This document shows positions 50,085 through 60,500 of a stretch of DNA of 64,000 nt, one piece after another. How positions within the stretch are numbered: position 1 is the first letter of the stretch; each line of letters begins with the position of its first letter. The notes below the pieces were generated by a model. It was not told the origin of the DNA, ran no database searches, and saw only the letters and a program-made list of their open reading frames with translations. Made by a program: the position numbers and the translations under genes. The DNA comes from Thermodesulfovibrionales bacterium (GTDB lineage: Bacteria; Nitrospirota; Thermodesulfovibrionia; Thermodesulfovibrionales; UBA6898). The stretch lies in NCBI GenBank assembly GCA_044450345.1, contig JBIOIY010000007.1:15189-79188 (forward strand), written 5' to 3'.

Positions 50085-50447
50085 CTATTGAGGGCTGAAA
50101 AGACAGGGCTGTGAAGCGCTAGAAGAGTTGGCGGATGTGATCGCAGATGTCCCTTCCCTTTGCTGATGGGCAAGAAGTACTGCTGCGCGTGCAGTCCCAC
50201 TATTAGGGCCGCACCCTTCAATCCCCTCGTGGTCGTAAAAACCCATTTCGAGCGCCTTAAGGTCTCTTTCTGAGTGAAAGTCCACAAAAGGACCTGAGTG
50301 CCCACTGGGGCGGCGGCAATAAGTCCCTGGTGCCGCATGGCAGTTTGGACACTCTACTTCAAACGGCGGGTCTTGCGGGAACTCGTGGCAACAAACAGTA
50401 CAGCGGACAGGATGACGCGGTTTCCCAGCAGGTTTAAGTTTTCCCAT
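50085..50447 (-). CDS. Zinc-finger protein
   Basis: CTVC; CPNCHAAPGTYC..H..FH motif; AGGAG RBS. Confidence 0.6.
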   Translation of the reverse strand: MGKLKPAGKPRHPVRCTVCCHEFPQDPPFEVECPNCHAAPGTYCRRPSGHSGPFVDFHSERDLKALEMGFYDHEGIEGCGPNSGTARAAVLLAHQQREGTSAITSANSSSASQPCLFSPQ

Positions 50448-50471
50448 AGATCTCTCCTATTGTTGGGTCTA

Positions 50472-51188
50472 TTAACGACGAACCTCGGTGAAGTTGCGTA
50501 AGATGTATTCCCTATCGTCGAAAGACAAGGATATCTTCACGCAGTACTTCGCGTCGGGGGCCACCTCGGTTATGTCATAAAGCTCGGGGTCAAGATCGGG
50601 CACATCGAGATTCATCTCGGCTATCGCAGGGAGAAAACGCTTTGGTAGGCGAAAAGCCTGGAGCAAACACGTCTTCACGTAAAGGCGGTGCTGTCGCCCG
50701 TCGCGTCCCATGCCGAAGACGTTATCTCCCACGGCCAAGTGCAGTCCTATTACCATCAGTCCCTCTACCGGATGCCTGAGAATCAACGCATTGTCAGAGA
50801 GGACCTTGATGATCTTAATGATGTCTTCGGTGGTGTAGTAGCTCCCGCACAAAACATATCGCATCAACTTACGTGCGTCCTTCTTCGCCCTTTGTTTGAG
50901 GCAAAAGGAGTGCAGCTTCTTCCCCAGCTCGCCTCCCAGCTCGGCAATTTCCTTATGTTCTGCCTTCTTGCTATTGAACGTATAACAGTACGATGACGAC
51001 AGGAGCCCCTTAAGCCGCTTGCCTTCAAGATAATCCTTAAAGGATTTTACAGAGAGAGTCCTGACCTTTTCTGCCAGCTTCTCTTTGTTGCTGATTACTT
51101 CCTCCTCCGCTTTCACGTAATCCGGCACCGTCACTCCGGCCAAGCCAGCCGACAGCTCATTGGCGAAAGATGTGCTTTCATTTAACAT
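50472..51188 (-). CDS. Hypothetical protein
   Basis: AGGAGG RBS; 238 aa. Confidence 0.6.
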   Translation of the reverse strand: MLNESTSFANELSAGLAGVTVPDYVKAEEEVISNKEKLAEKVRTLSVKSFKDYLEGKRLKGLLSSSYCYTFNSKKAEHKEIAELGGELGKKLHSFCLKQRAKKDARKLMRYVLCGSYYTTEDIIKIIKVLSDNALILRHPVEGLMVIGLHLAVGDNVFGMGRDGRQHRLYVKTCLLQAFRLPKRFLPAIAEMNLDVPDLDPELYDITEVAPDAKYCVKISLSFDDREYILRNFTEVRR

Positions 51189-51253
51189 CGAAACCTCCTA
51201 AAGGGAATAGTTAACGAGACAGGACCTCTCAGGAGACCCTGTCTCGTCTGACA

Positions 51254-51487
51254 CTAAACGAACGGGCCGCGGATGGGATATTTGCGATGCGACTTGACCA
51301 TCACCAATTTCCCTTTAACTCGGCCTTCGGAGTCCATTTTCCCAAAGCGTATCCCGTGGGCGTAGCCGGTATTGACGGCTCGCCGGTACGCTCTATTGGC
51401 CTCCTCTAAGGCCTCCGCGCGGGTGGCGTAAGGCTCTGAGGTCAGTAAGGGAAAACCAGACCCGTGGACAGCGACGAACCCGTACAT
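51254..51487 (-). CDS. Hypothetical protein
   Basis: GGAGG RBS; TGATG coupling to the upstream gene. Confidence 0.55.
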   Translation of the reverse strand: MYGFVAVHGSGFPLLTSEPYATRAEALEEANRAYRRAVNTGYAHGIRFGKMDSEGRVKGKLVMVKSHRKYPIRGPFV

Positions 51488-51918
51488 CAGACCACCTCCT
51501 CCTGCTCCCTGAAATCGGCAGCAAAAGCAGCATGCAGTTCTGATATTTGGGCCTCAACCACAGCAAGCCTGCGAAGTGCCTCGTCCCCGGATTCACAGCC
51601 CTCGGACTCGGATATTTCCCTGACTAAAAAAGCAAGGAGCCCGTCCCCATAAGTCTGTAACTCCTTCTTCTTTGTGATGTATGAGCCTTCTCCATCGCTA
51701 TAGTTAGCGAGGACGAACCTCTGATAACGATCGAAAGTACTCGGGGCAACTTCGGCCCTGGGCGTACAATCTGCAGCGTCAAGGCGGGGATCCCATAATT
51801 CTTGTATCCCTTGGGCGCCAGCCTCTTTCTTTGTGCCGGCGCTGATAGTGGTCTGGCCAAGTTCGAATTCTTCGTTCTTGCCGCCCATCGCAATAACTTT
51901 TACAAAGTAGTAGGGCAT
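51487..51918 (-). CDS. Hypothetical protein
   Basis: AAGGAGG RBS; 143 aa. Confidence 0.6.
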   Translation of the reverse strand: MPYYFVKVIAMGGKNEEFELGQTTISAGTKKEAGAQGIQELWDPRLDAADCTPRAEVAPSTFDRYQRFVLANYSDGEGSYITKKKELQTYGDGLLAFLVREISESEGCESGDEALRRLAVVEAQISELHAAFAADFREQEEVV

Positions 51919-51949
51919 GAAACCTCCTTTTCATTGACAGATGGATTTA

Positions 51950-52846
51950 TCAGGCAGCGGCGGCTTTGATCTCCCAGACACCGCGCTCAACATTCGAGAA
52001 GAATCGCTGGAGGACCTGCCTTACCTTCGCCTGCCAGTTGGGGTTGAGGCGGGTCCGTTCATTTGCTGCTTCCGCTACAGCCTCGTATATCGATGGCAGA
52101 CTTGCTCTTCCCCCAAGTTTAGTGAGCGCCCAGCCAATAACTGCCTTCCACGTCGCGTTGGAGAGTGAGACAAGATTTTCACTGGTTGCGACTGCGGCAT
52201 CAAGAATCCCAAACACCACGCGCTCTTTCCTTGCCTGGATGCAATATTCATGCATTATAGGAATAAACTTACCCGAGTATGTGGTCTCGTTGCTTCGGCA
52301 GTTGTGTTGCTCTTTGATTACAACCGATGTAACAACTCCGGGCATCATCTTAATAAGGTCCGCCTGTATCGACCAAAATTGACCACTCTTTCTTACATCC
52401 CCGATTAAGACGGAGTAATTACCTTCGGGAGCAAGGGCGTCATAAATGTTGTAGAGACAGAGCTGCATTTTCGATAAAAATTCTTCTTTTGATTTGCAGT
52501 GGGAAAGGTCATCTGGATGTGGGGTGTTACCCCAGACGCTGCCGGAATACGGTATGCAATTATGATACGGTGGATGAGCCCAGATATATTGAGGCCTGTC
52601 CCCTCCAAGCCGCTCAATGAGGCTATCTCGCACGAGGTTGAACCCCGAGTGCAGGTCCAAACCGACGAACCGTATCCCGAGATCTCGCGCAACATCAGCA
52701 CTTGTCCCGCCGCCTAAGAAAACGTCGACGAAAAAGTCCGGTTTGAAGAACTTCAACAGATCAACCAATAAATGCCCGGAACAATTTCCTCTCCACTTTG
52801 GATTACCCCACGGCCCTCGGTCTGGATATGAAACGATCGACTTCAT
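51950..52846 (-). CDS. Amino (N4C/N6A) DNA methyltransferase
   Basis: DVFLGGGT (SAM-binding) and HPPY (catalytic-type); SYPDRGPWG..RGNCSG N-terminus. Confidence 0.8.
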   Translation of the reverse strand: MKSIVSYPDRGPWGNPKWRGNCSGHLLVDLLKFFKPDFFVDVFLGGGTSADVARDLGIRFVGLDLHSGFNLVRDSLIERLGGDRPQYIWAHPPYHNCIPYSGSVWGNTPHPDDLSHCKSKEEFLSKMQLCLYNIYDALAPEGNYSVLIGDVRKSGQFWSIQADLIKMMPGVVTSVVIKEQHNCRSNETTYSGKFIPIMHEYCIQARKERVVFGILDAAVATSENLVSLSNATWKAVIGWALTKLGGRASLPSIYEAVAEAANERTRLNPNWQAKVRQVLQRFFSNVERGVWEIKAAAA

Positions 52847-53088
52847 TTTGTAGGTCCCTCCTGTTCGCTAGCATTGCCCGGGAGTGAAGACTCACCGGCG
52901 AGCACTTCCGGCATATTACCTCCGCATTTGATACAGAAGAGGCCGTTTTTGTTGCGGATATCGCTCGCCACATGGTGGCCGCACTGCTCGCATTTATACT
53001 GCCACCATTTGCGAACGTCTTCGGGGTCGGCTTCCTGAAGCTCTCTTTTTAAGGTTTCTAACTTCTCAATCTCGACAATAATTGGCAA
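52843..53088 (-). CDS. Small zinc-ribbon protein
   Basis: CEQC..CIKC; AGGAGG RBS; ATGA overlap with the methylase. Confidence 0.55.
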   Translation of the reverse strand: MPIIVEIEKLETLKRELQEADPEDVRKWWQYKCEQCGHHVASDIRNKNGLFCIKCGGNMPEVLAGESSLPGNASEQEGPTK

Positions 53089-53218
53089 GATATCCTCCTT
53101 TTGGTACTCCTTGATTTTGTTTGTACGAAAAAAGCAGAGCCCGCCTCTCCTTGCAGCAATCCGCAGGAATGATGACGGGCTCTCTCCTTATCGATAGCGT
53201 GAAATTAACTCTGCCTCT

Positions 53219-54637
53219 TTACACGACGACGTGTCTCATAAAGAACCTTCTTAGAAACAGTGCCACCATACGGCCAATATTCTGATCCAGTTGCTCGGAG
53301 TAGAAATTTCGTTCGAACACATCCTCCAGACTGTTTCCCTGCATTCCAACATAGCCGGCGCCGACTTTTGCACGCTTGCTCAACTGCTGCACGTACTCCT
53401 GGTCCTCTTGAGCGACCTGGGCATCTGTGAGAAAAAGGGTAAAGGAATAGTCGCAGGGACGGTTGCCGGCGGAAAGATAGTTTTCCCCTCCGCCCCAAGC
53501 GGCGAACCGGCACAAGATATCGATATCCTTGAGAGGCACATAGATAGGATCACGGCTATCGGTCGTAGTGATCAGGAGGTCCACGTCAAAGACTTCCGAC
53601 AGGATGTACGCGATGGTCGAGCCATTTTGAAAAGGGTCGCCCTGCATCGAACCGCTGCCATCCAATATGAGCAACAAACGCTTTAGTTTCAATACGGAAA
53701 ACGTCTCGACTGCCTTACGAAACGGGGCAAGCGGAGGGTTATCAATCCTTCGCGGGTCGAACCTCCTGCCCGACAGCGCAAACTCCATCTCAGTGCGACT
53801 CTTCACATTGAGCAGTCTTCTCAGTATCCGGGCCTGCTCAGCGATATAGGCCAGATCCCATGAAAACCATGCCTCCCCGAAGTGTTCCTCGGCATCCGTG
53901 ATTTCTGTGGAGCTGCTGCCGCTTCCGTAAGGGTTCTCGGCGGACGGCTCACCTTCTCCTACGGCCGCAGCGGCTGATTTCTCTATACTGCCCAGTCCAG
54001 AACCGCCCGATTCGTAGTTGTCAAAGAGAAATCTCCACTTATCGTAGAGGTCCTTGGCATACCCACAGACAATCAAGGTCGAGTCGGCTTCGATGCTTCG
54101 ATCAATGAAGTAGTCCCAGTCTTCGCAAAATTCGGCATACTGTGTCTCCGAAAGCTTTTCAGGCCTCGCCGTGGTAGTTTCCAGACCGCTTCGGCGCCAC
54201 CTCAGCAAGATGCCGATGTTAAACGGGTTTGAGAACTTCTCGGCGTCCTCATCAGAGAGATAGTGTCTGTTGTAGGAGTGTGAATGGAGAGGGAAAAAAT
54301 TGCAGTTCCGCTTTGGCTCAATCCTGGCGTCTTCAAGGATATTCAGGAGTGAAAACGGAAACGACAGCGTCGTACCGTTTATCCCTCTGCTTGTGTGAAG
54401 CACGTGCGATATCTCATGCTCCATCAACAGGTCGGCAATCTCACTGAGTTGCTCCTCTTCGACACCCTCGACCCCAAGCTGTATGGAACGCCGCTTGTGG
54501 TCCCACCAGGACTCATCGCTTTTTGCGGTGACTCTAAGAGAGAACCTCTCGTCTCCCGTGAGAAACCCTGCTGTGAGTTCCAGCCGTTTCTGAAGGGATT
54601 GAAGCGACAAAGGCGCTATGGTTACCAAGGCGCTCAT
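53219..54637 (-). CDS. vWA-domain protein with N-terminal HExxH motif
   Basis: HEISH..NILEDARIE; LILDGSGSM (MIDAS); FLTD. Confidence 0.8.
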   Translation of the reverse strand: MSALVTIAPLSLQSLQKRLELTAGFLTGDERFSLRVTAKSDESWWDHKRRSIQLGVEGVEEEQLSEIADLLMEHEISHVLHTSRGINGTTLSFPFSLLNILEDARIEPKRNCNFFPLHSHSYNRHYLSDEDAEKFSNPFNIGILLRWRRSGLETTTARPEKLSETQYAEFCEDWDYFIDRSIEADSTLIVCGYAKDLYDKWRFLFDNYESGGSGLGSIEKSAAAAVGEGEPSAENPYGSGSSSTEITDAEEHFGEAWFSWDLAYIAEQARILRRLLNVKSRTEMEFALSGRRFDPRRIDNPPLAPFRKAVETFSVLKLKRLLLILDGSGSMQGDPFQNGSTIAYILSEVFDVDLLITTTDSRDPIYVPLKDIDILCRFAAWGGGENYLSAGNRPCDYSFTLFLTDAQVAQEDQEYVQQLSKRAKVGAGYVGMQGNSLEDVFERNFYSEQLDQNIGRMVALFLRRFFMRHVVV

Positions 54638-55848
54638 GCTGCCTGTAACAGATCGCTGATGGCCTCCAGTTGACCTGCCTCCGGGTATCCCATAGGGTCG
54701 CGCTCAAGAACGCGAAACAACCATGTCATAGCCGCGGCCTCTGCGAGGTCGACGCCCCGCGATATCACATCGGCCCACTCAAGGAGAGACCCTGTATCAA
54801 GCGGAACCGGAAGCCTGCCCTGACGGTACTGTTCTCTAATACCCTTTGTTAGCTTGGCCAGCCGCTTGGCGGTGTCTGCTCCGACTTTTCGCTCGAGTAA
54901 TTCCTTTTCTTTTGCAACATCGTAATCCATAAAAACAAAGACGGGGAAACGACGAGCGAGAGCCGGATCGAGTTCGCTGGTGTCAGAGTAGCCCAAATTC
55001 GCCGTTGCAAAGAAAAGGAGATTCCCGACCGGGACCCTTATGCGTTCGCCGGTCGTGATGTCATGAAGCGTATAAAAGCCCGCCTCATTATCCAAGGCCT
55101 TCACCAATAGATTGCGAAGGGAGCGACTGCTTCTCATCACCTCTTCAAGAATGACAACCACCTTCTTTTTCGTGGCTGCATCAAAAGCAGCCCTGAGTTC
55201 CCCCACTAAGCGGGTCCAGCCCTTTTCTTTGTCCGGAAGGAGTTTCTGCAATAAGTCAACGTCTTCAAGGCCGTCTGTAATGTTGATGGCATGAATCTCA
55301 TATCCGGAGGCGTTTAATAACTCGCGCACCGCATGAGTCTTCCCGCTGCCGGTCGGGCCAAAGGCGAAGGCCGATTTCCATAACTCAAGGGCCATGGCTA
55401 GTCTCGTGCCGTTGGCAACCTGAGGTACGCCTTCATCCAGGATCTTGTGGATCTGTGCGCGTTTTGTGGAATTAAGATCCTGAAAAACAAGGCAGCAGTG
55501 TTTGCACATGTACTCGTCTGACCCCGAGGTCTTGCGTTTCTTCCAGTACTCACACTTGCTTTCAGTTTCTTTATCGCTTTTTACGACCGATGTGTCGCCA
55601 CACCAAATTGTGAGAAGCCCGGTCTTGCGGTCCTTCGCGATCAGCACGTTATGCAGAGACGGCCCGCCGTTGCTTGCGTCCTTATTGACGACCTTGAAGC
55701 AGATCGCTGGCTGCTCCGTGGTTTCTCCTATAAACTTAACCGGGACGGTCTTCTCTTCCCTTATGAACATTGACGCCAGTTTTTTACTGTGGGCGCCACT
55801 ATGCAAGGCATATAAATTATCGAGATGTTCCCAAATCTTTTTTGCCAT
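54634..55848 (-). CDS. MoxR/CbbQ-like AAA+ ATPase with N-terminal SWIM-like Zn finger
   Basis: C..CKH; GPTGSGKT; ILEE (Walker B); ATAN; LDPALARRF. Confidence 0.85.
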   Translation of the reverse strand: MAKKIWEHLDNLYALHSGAHSKKLASMFIREEKTVPVKFIGETTEQPAICFKVVNKDASNGGPSLHNVLIAKDRKTGLLTIWCGDTSVVKSDKETESKCEYWKKRKTSGSDEYMCKHCCLVFQDLNSTKRAQIHKILDEGVPQVANGTRLAMALELWKSAFAFGPTGSGKTHAVRELLNASGYEIHAINITDGLEDVDLLQKLLPDKEKGWTRLVGELRAAFDAATKKKVVVILEEVMRSSRSLRNLLVKALDNEAGFYTLHDITTGERIRVPVGNLLFFATANLGYSDTSELDPALARRFPVFVFMDYDVAKEKELLERKVGADTAKRLAKLTKGIREQYRQGRLPVPLDTGSLLEWADVISRGVDLAEAAAMTWLFRVLERDPMGYPEAGQLEAISDLLQAA

Positions 55849-55930
55849 AAATTGTGAAACCTCCTTGTCCAGTGTTGATGATAGGAGCCGAGCTGCTTTA
55901 TCTCCGGCCCCTATCAGACACAGGACCGTC

Positions 55931-56614
55931 CTACAGCTCCTCGAAATTCACAGGCAGCTTTGACCCAGCCGCACTCTCCCCTATAGCAGGGTTCACCTTC
56001 CCGCCATCCATAACGTGATCAAAATGCGTGATGGGCACGCCCATGAAAACGCCAGGCTGGTAATCGTATTCCACTTCTGTCATGCCCTGAGGGAAAACCG
56101 TGTAGACCGTATCACCCAGTTTCCGCTGGTTAAGCCCTGAGTTTGGAGGAGCGATGTTATAGGAGTGCCCCAGGCAACACTCCTTCGACTCTTCAAGATG
56201 CTCGGTCTTTATCTTCGGGCAGTACTCCGGCAGGGGAAGCAGCTCGTGCTCCTTCACGATTGCTTTTGGATGAACCAAAAACAGCATGGAGCCGGGTTCC
56301 AGTTTCGACAGGTCGAAGTTATTGGGGATGCGCTTGGACACTCCGAAGTTGCGGATTTCTTCAACCATATCCGAGGGCCATGGATAATGCTCTGCTCCCA
56401 CCCACAGCATAACGTGGTTCTTCCCTTCCTTCTCGAAGATGAGCGGAGCCCTGAAAGGTTCCGTGTCATAGGCGATGGGGGGGTCGATAATGAAATGCTC
56501 GATCGGGGTCCCGTAAGGTGCAAGGCCGCTACAGACGTAGAGCCCTCCCGGGACGCGTTTCCCGCATCCTCTGATAATACCGACGATGCTCTTTGCCGCG
56601 CCTGACGCTTCCAT
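55931..56614 (-). CDS. Hypothetical protein
   Basis: TAATG coupling to parB; AGGAGG RBS; RGCG..GGLY and WVGAEHYP motifs. Confidence 0.65.
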   Translation of the reverse strand: MEASGAAKSIVGIIRGCGKRVPGGLYVCSGLAPYGTPIEHFIIDPPIAYDTEPFRAPLIFEKEGKNHVMLWVGAEHYPWPSDMVEEIRNFGVSKRIPNNFDLSKLEPGSMLFLVHPKAIVKEHELLPLPEYCPKIKTEHLEESKECCLGHSYNIAPPNSGLNQRKLGDTVYTVFPQGMTEVEYDYQPGVFMGVPITHFDHVMDGGKVNPAIGESAAGSKLPVNFEEL

Positions 56615-57390
56615 TATTTTTCCTCCTTCAGGATCTTCAAGGCCTTCTGAAGTTTTCCCTTCCGGCCGTTGGTCGTAATCTCCACGGCCCGCTCGAGTGT
56701 CGCAATCGCCCCTTTGATCATCGTCTCCACCGTATCGGCCTCGGAGGGCGCGGGCAGTTTAAACAGCTCAACAGGCAATAGATTGGTGAGCCGCTCCTCC
56801 CTCAACGTCGCCGCTGCAATCTTCCCGGTCAGCTTATCCACATCCAGAAGATCGCGCTGTTTGTCCTTTGTGAGCTTACGGAGCGCCTTTGCCGCATTAA
56901 GGTTTATCTTCCCTTCCTTAAGCTGCATCAGAAACTCCGGGATAAGGTCCAGCAATTTAACCCGGGAGCGCACATGCGATACCGGGATACCGAGATGGTC
57001 GGCAACGTCCTGCTCGGTCCAGTTAAACGCCGACATTATGGTGGAAAGCTTTTCGGCCTCTACTCCTGGATTGGCCGATCTTGTCATATTCTCAGCTATG
57101 GTCAACATGGCAAGGATCTCATCCGGTGTCCCTGATTCAAACACCAACGCAGGTATTGTGGTATGCCCTGCTTCTTTGGCGGCCTGTACGCGCCTCCTGC
57201 CGGCCACGATCTTGTAGCCCTCTCCCTCTGCTCGCAAGACTATCTCCTGAAAGACCATGCCAAGATGTGCAACGGCTTTCATGGTCCCGCGACACAGACT
57301 GCCCTCGAGGAGCTCCTCCGCTGCTATCTTGCCGATCTCCACGCTCTCGCGCTTCCAGGTTTCCGGAATCTGAAATGAAAGCTGCGTCAT
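56614..57390 (-). CDS. parB: ParB-family protein
   Basis: YKIVAGRRRVQAA, IAENMTR, followed by an HTH; GGAGGAGG RBS. Confidence 0.85.
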   Translation of the reverse strand: MTQLSFQIPETWKRESVEIGKIAAEELLEGSLCRGTMKAVAHLGMVFQEIVLRAEGEGYKIVAGRRRVQAAKEAGHTTIPALVFESGTPDEILAMLTIAENMTRSANPGVEAEKLSTIMSAFNWTEQDVADHLGIPVSHVRSRVKLLDLIPEFLMQLKEGKINLNAAKALRKLTKDKQRDLLDVDKLTGKIAAATLREERLTNLLPVELFKLPAPSEADTVETMIKGAIATLERAVEITTNGRKGKLQKALKILKEEK

Positions 57391-57517
57391 GTTACAATCC
57401 TCCTCCGGTACCCGAACGCCCGAGTCCGCACAAGGCGAAACTCTGGCGCAGCGGATACCTTTTAAAAGTTGATAAGTGAAACTGAACAAATGATGGTGAT
57501 GCGGTGGGTGGGATAAA

Positions 57518-60500
57518 TCAGGCGGCTTCTTTCAGCGCAAAGGACTCCTCCTCAGCCTCCACTGTCTCGGTCGTCTCTTCTGCCGTGTCCCTGTTATCAA
57601 CGTCCAGTTCCTTGTTTATCTCAGCCTGCCTGAGCAGCTGATGCCTAAGTTGCTCTTCCATTGGGAAAGGCTGACCGACTTCAAGGGAAAGACCTTCAAG
57701 GCGTTTCTTCATGTCCCCAAGGTCCTTGACATAGTGGGCATGCCGTTCCTCTATCGTGCGCACGGCGTATTCGAGACTTGATATGGTGCCTATGTCGCTG
57801 TCGGAGACATTGCCCTTGTGCTCAGCCAAGCCTCTGGCGATAATCTGAGGAATGGCAGAGTAGCCAAAAGGAAACGTCCTCAGGTAAAGTTCAAAACCGG
57901 CATAACTGCCGATGAGGTCATAGGCATCACTCCCTTTCCGCCCGGAAGCCATCCGAACGATTGCATCTCCTGCGGCTTTCCTTTCGGAATAGACAGAGCC
58001 GTCGACTTTGATACTGAAAGGCTCGGGAGTTTCCCTCACGGCAATATCGGCCTCATAGTTTGCTGCGATCTCCGTATACCGCTCTATGCGTGCCTCAAGG
58101 GAGGCCATCTCCCGTTTGAGCCGCCATTGCTCGGATGCATGCTGGGAACGAAGCGTCTCCAGCCTGTCACACTCGATATCCACCTTGAACTTCTCCATGA
58201 CCAGTGGATTACCTGAACTCAGCGCCTTAACCTCGGCATATGACAGGACCACCCCCTCAATATCTTCCGCAACGCGAGCCGTCGAATCGCCACTACGTAT
58301 CTGGGCAATGAAACGTGATTTAGCCTCAATCAACTGCCAAATATAAGCGTCGAACGAACCGCGCGTGACGTACCTGAAGATCGAAACGGTCTTATTGGTG
58401 TTACCCTGTCTGAGGATTCTGCCTTCCCGCTGATCCACATCCCTTGGCCTCCACGGCGCGTCAAGGTGATGAAGCGCCACGCACAGCCGCTGTACGTTGG
58501 TGCCCGCACCCATTTTCTCCGTGCTGCCCATCAGAATGCGGACCTTACCGAAATTCACCTTCGTCCAGAGGACCTTCTTCTTTGCGTCTGTATCGGCCTC
58601 ATGGACAAAGACAATCTCCTGCTTAGGAACACCACGCTTTACTAACTTTTCCCGAATGTCCCGGTAGACGTTGAACCCCGCCTTTTTGGGAGTGGAGAGG
58701 TCGCAAAACACCAGCTGTGTCCCACGGGAGTCTTCTGTATCACTCCAAATGTCGTAGATCTGCTGCACAGCCATGTTCACTTTACTATCGGGAAAGTCGG
58801 TAGCGGGCGGGTCCACGAGTCGGAGGTCGAGTCCGGCTTTACGACCGTCCCCGGTTATCTTGAGCATGTTGTCTTCCCTCGGATCCACGCGCTCCTTTTT
58901 GAGACGTTCGGCCCTTTCCACAAGAGACTGGACGTATTCCTCCTGGGCCTCACTCGGGGGAGCGACAATCACAATCGGCTTGCCGTCTTCCATCTCCGGC
59001 TTTTCAAGGCCGAGCACATCGTCGTCATGCTGCACGTCCGCAGTCTGCCGGTACATCTGCAACAGTTCAGGCACATTGACGAACTTCGCAAAGCGGCTGC
59101 GCATCCTGTAACCGGCCCCTGTAGGAGTAATTTCGAGGGATGTGACTACTTCGCCAAACGTGGCTGCCCAGGAATCAAAGTGGGAAAGGTTGTACTGGGC
59201 AAGGAGATGGGGCTGCAGATACCGTTGAACCGTATACATCTCGGCCAACGTGTTTGAGATCGGGGTACCGGTAGAAAATACGACGGACTTCTCCTGACTG
59301 TTTAACAATCTCGCCTTCATGTACATATCAAACGCCCTTTTACTATCAGCGTTTGGCAGACCGGCGATACGGTCCATCTTGGTCACGAAGTACAAATTTT
59401 TATAGAGGTCGGATTCGTCGGTCGCAAGGAAATCGATCCCGAGATCTTCGAAGGTCAGACCGTTATCCTTTTTCTCTTCGTTGGCCCGCTCCTTGAGTTT
59501 CGCTTCAAGGCGCCGTTTAGCCTTTTGCAACTGTTTGACAATCTTACTGTCGCTCTTATTGCTCTGGGCTGCCAGCACTGCGTCTTCTAAGTCTGCGATT
59601 TGGAGAGAGATGAACTCCTCGATAGCCTCCTGCGATAACGGGATTCTTTCGAAGCTGCTGTGCCCTATGATAACCGCATCCCAGTTGTTGGTAGCGATCT
59701 TCCCAATGAAGGCCTTTCGCTTCTGCGCAGTGAAATCGTCATGACCCGTGATCAGGATATTAGCTAACGGGTAGAGCCGTAAGAATTCTGCAGCCCATTG
59801 CTCGATAAGGTGGTTGGGTACCACAATAACAGGCTTCGAAACTAACCCCAGACGCCTCATCTCCATTGCCGCCGCTGTAATGCAAAACGTCTTGCCGGCT
59901 CCGACCTTATGGTCAAGGAGAGTGTTACCGCTTTGGATGATTCTCCAGATAGCGTCTTTCTGGTGGGGTTTCAACTCAAGGTGATTTGACATCCCGGGAA
60001 GCGTAAGGTGACTGCCGTCGAATGTGCGCGGGCGAAGACAGTTGAAAGTCTCGTTGTATAACTTAGCAAGGCGTTCACGTCTATCCGCGTCCTCCCATAT
60101 CCACGTCCTGAAACGTTCCTTGATAAACAGTTGCTTCTCACGCGCCGCCTCGGTCTCCTTGACGTTGACAACTTCTTTCTCCTCACCTTTTACCCTGATG
60201 GTGTCCTTGATCGTGGGTATGCGGTTGTTGAGGACCAAGCGAATCAGAGTGACAGCGTCGCACCTGGCCGTGCCGAACTTCGTCGTGTTATTAACGCTGT
60301 CGAGGACCTCAGACGTTAACATCCGCGTAGGCTCAAGTGTCCAAGACCCGATCACCGGCGAGAACTCGACCTCACAGCCGCCGGGGACATCTATCAGGTA
60401 GTTCACAAACAGCTCGACATCTTTCGGCGGTATCCACGCGGCGCCAAGGTTAGCATGAATCTCGGTGAAGTCGAGGTCCTTCGGCTGTACGGTCTTAAGC

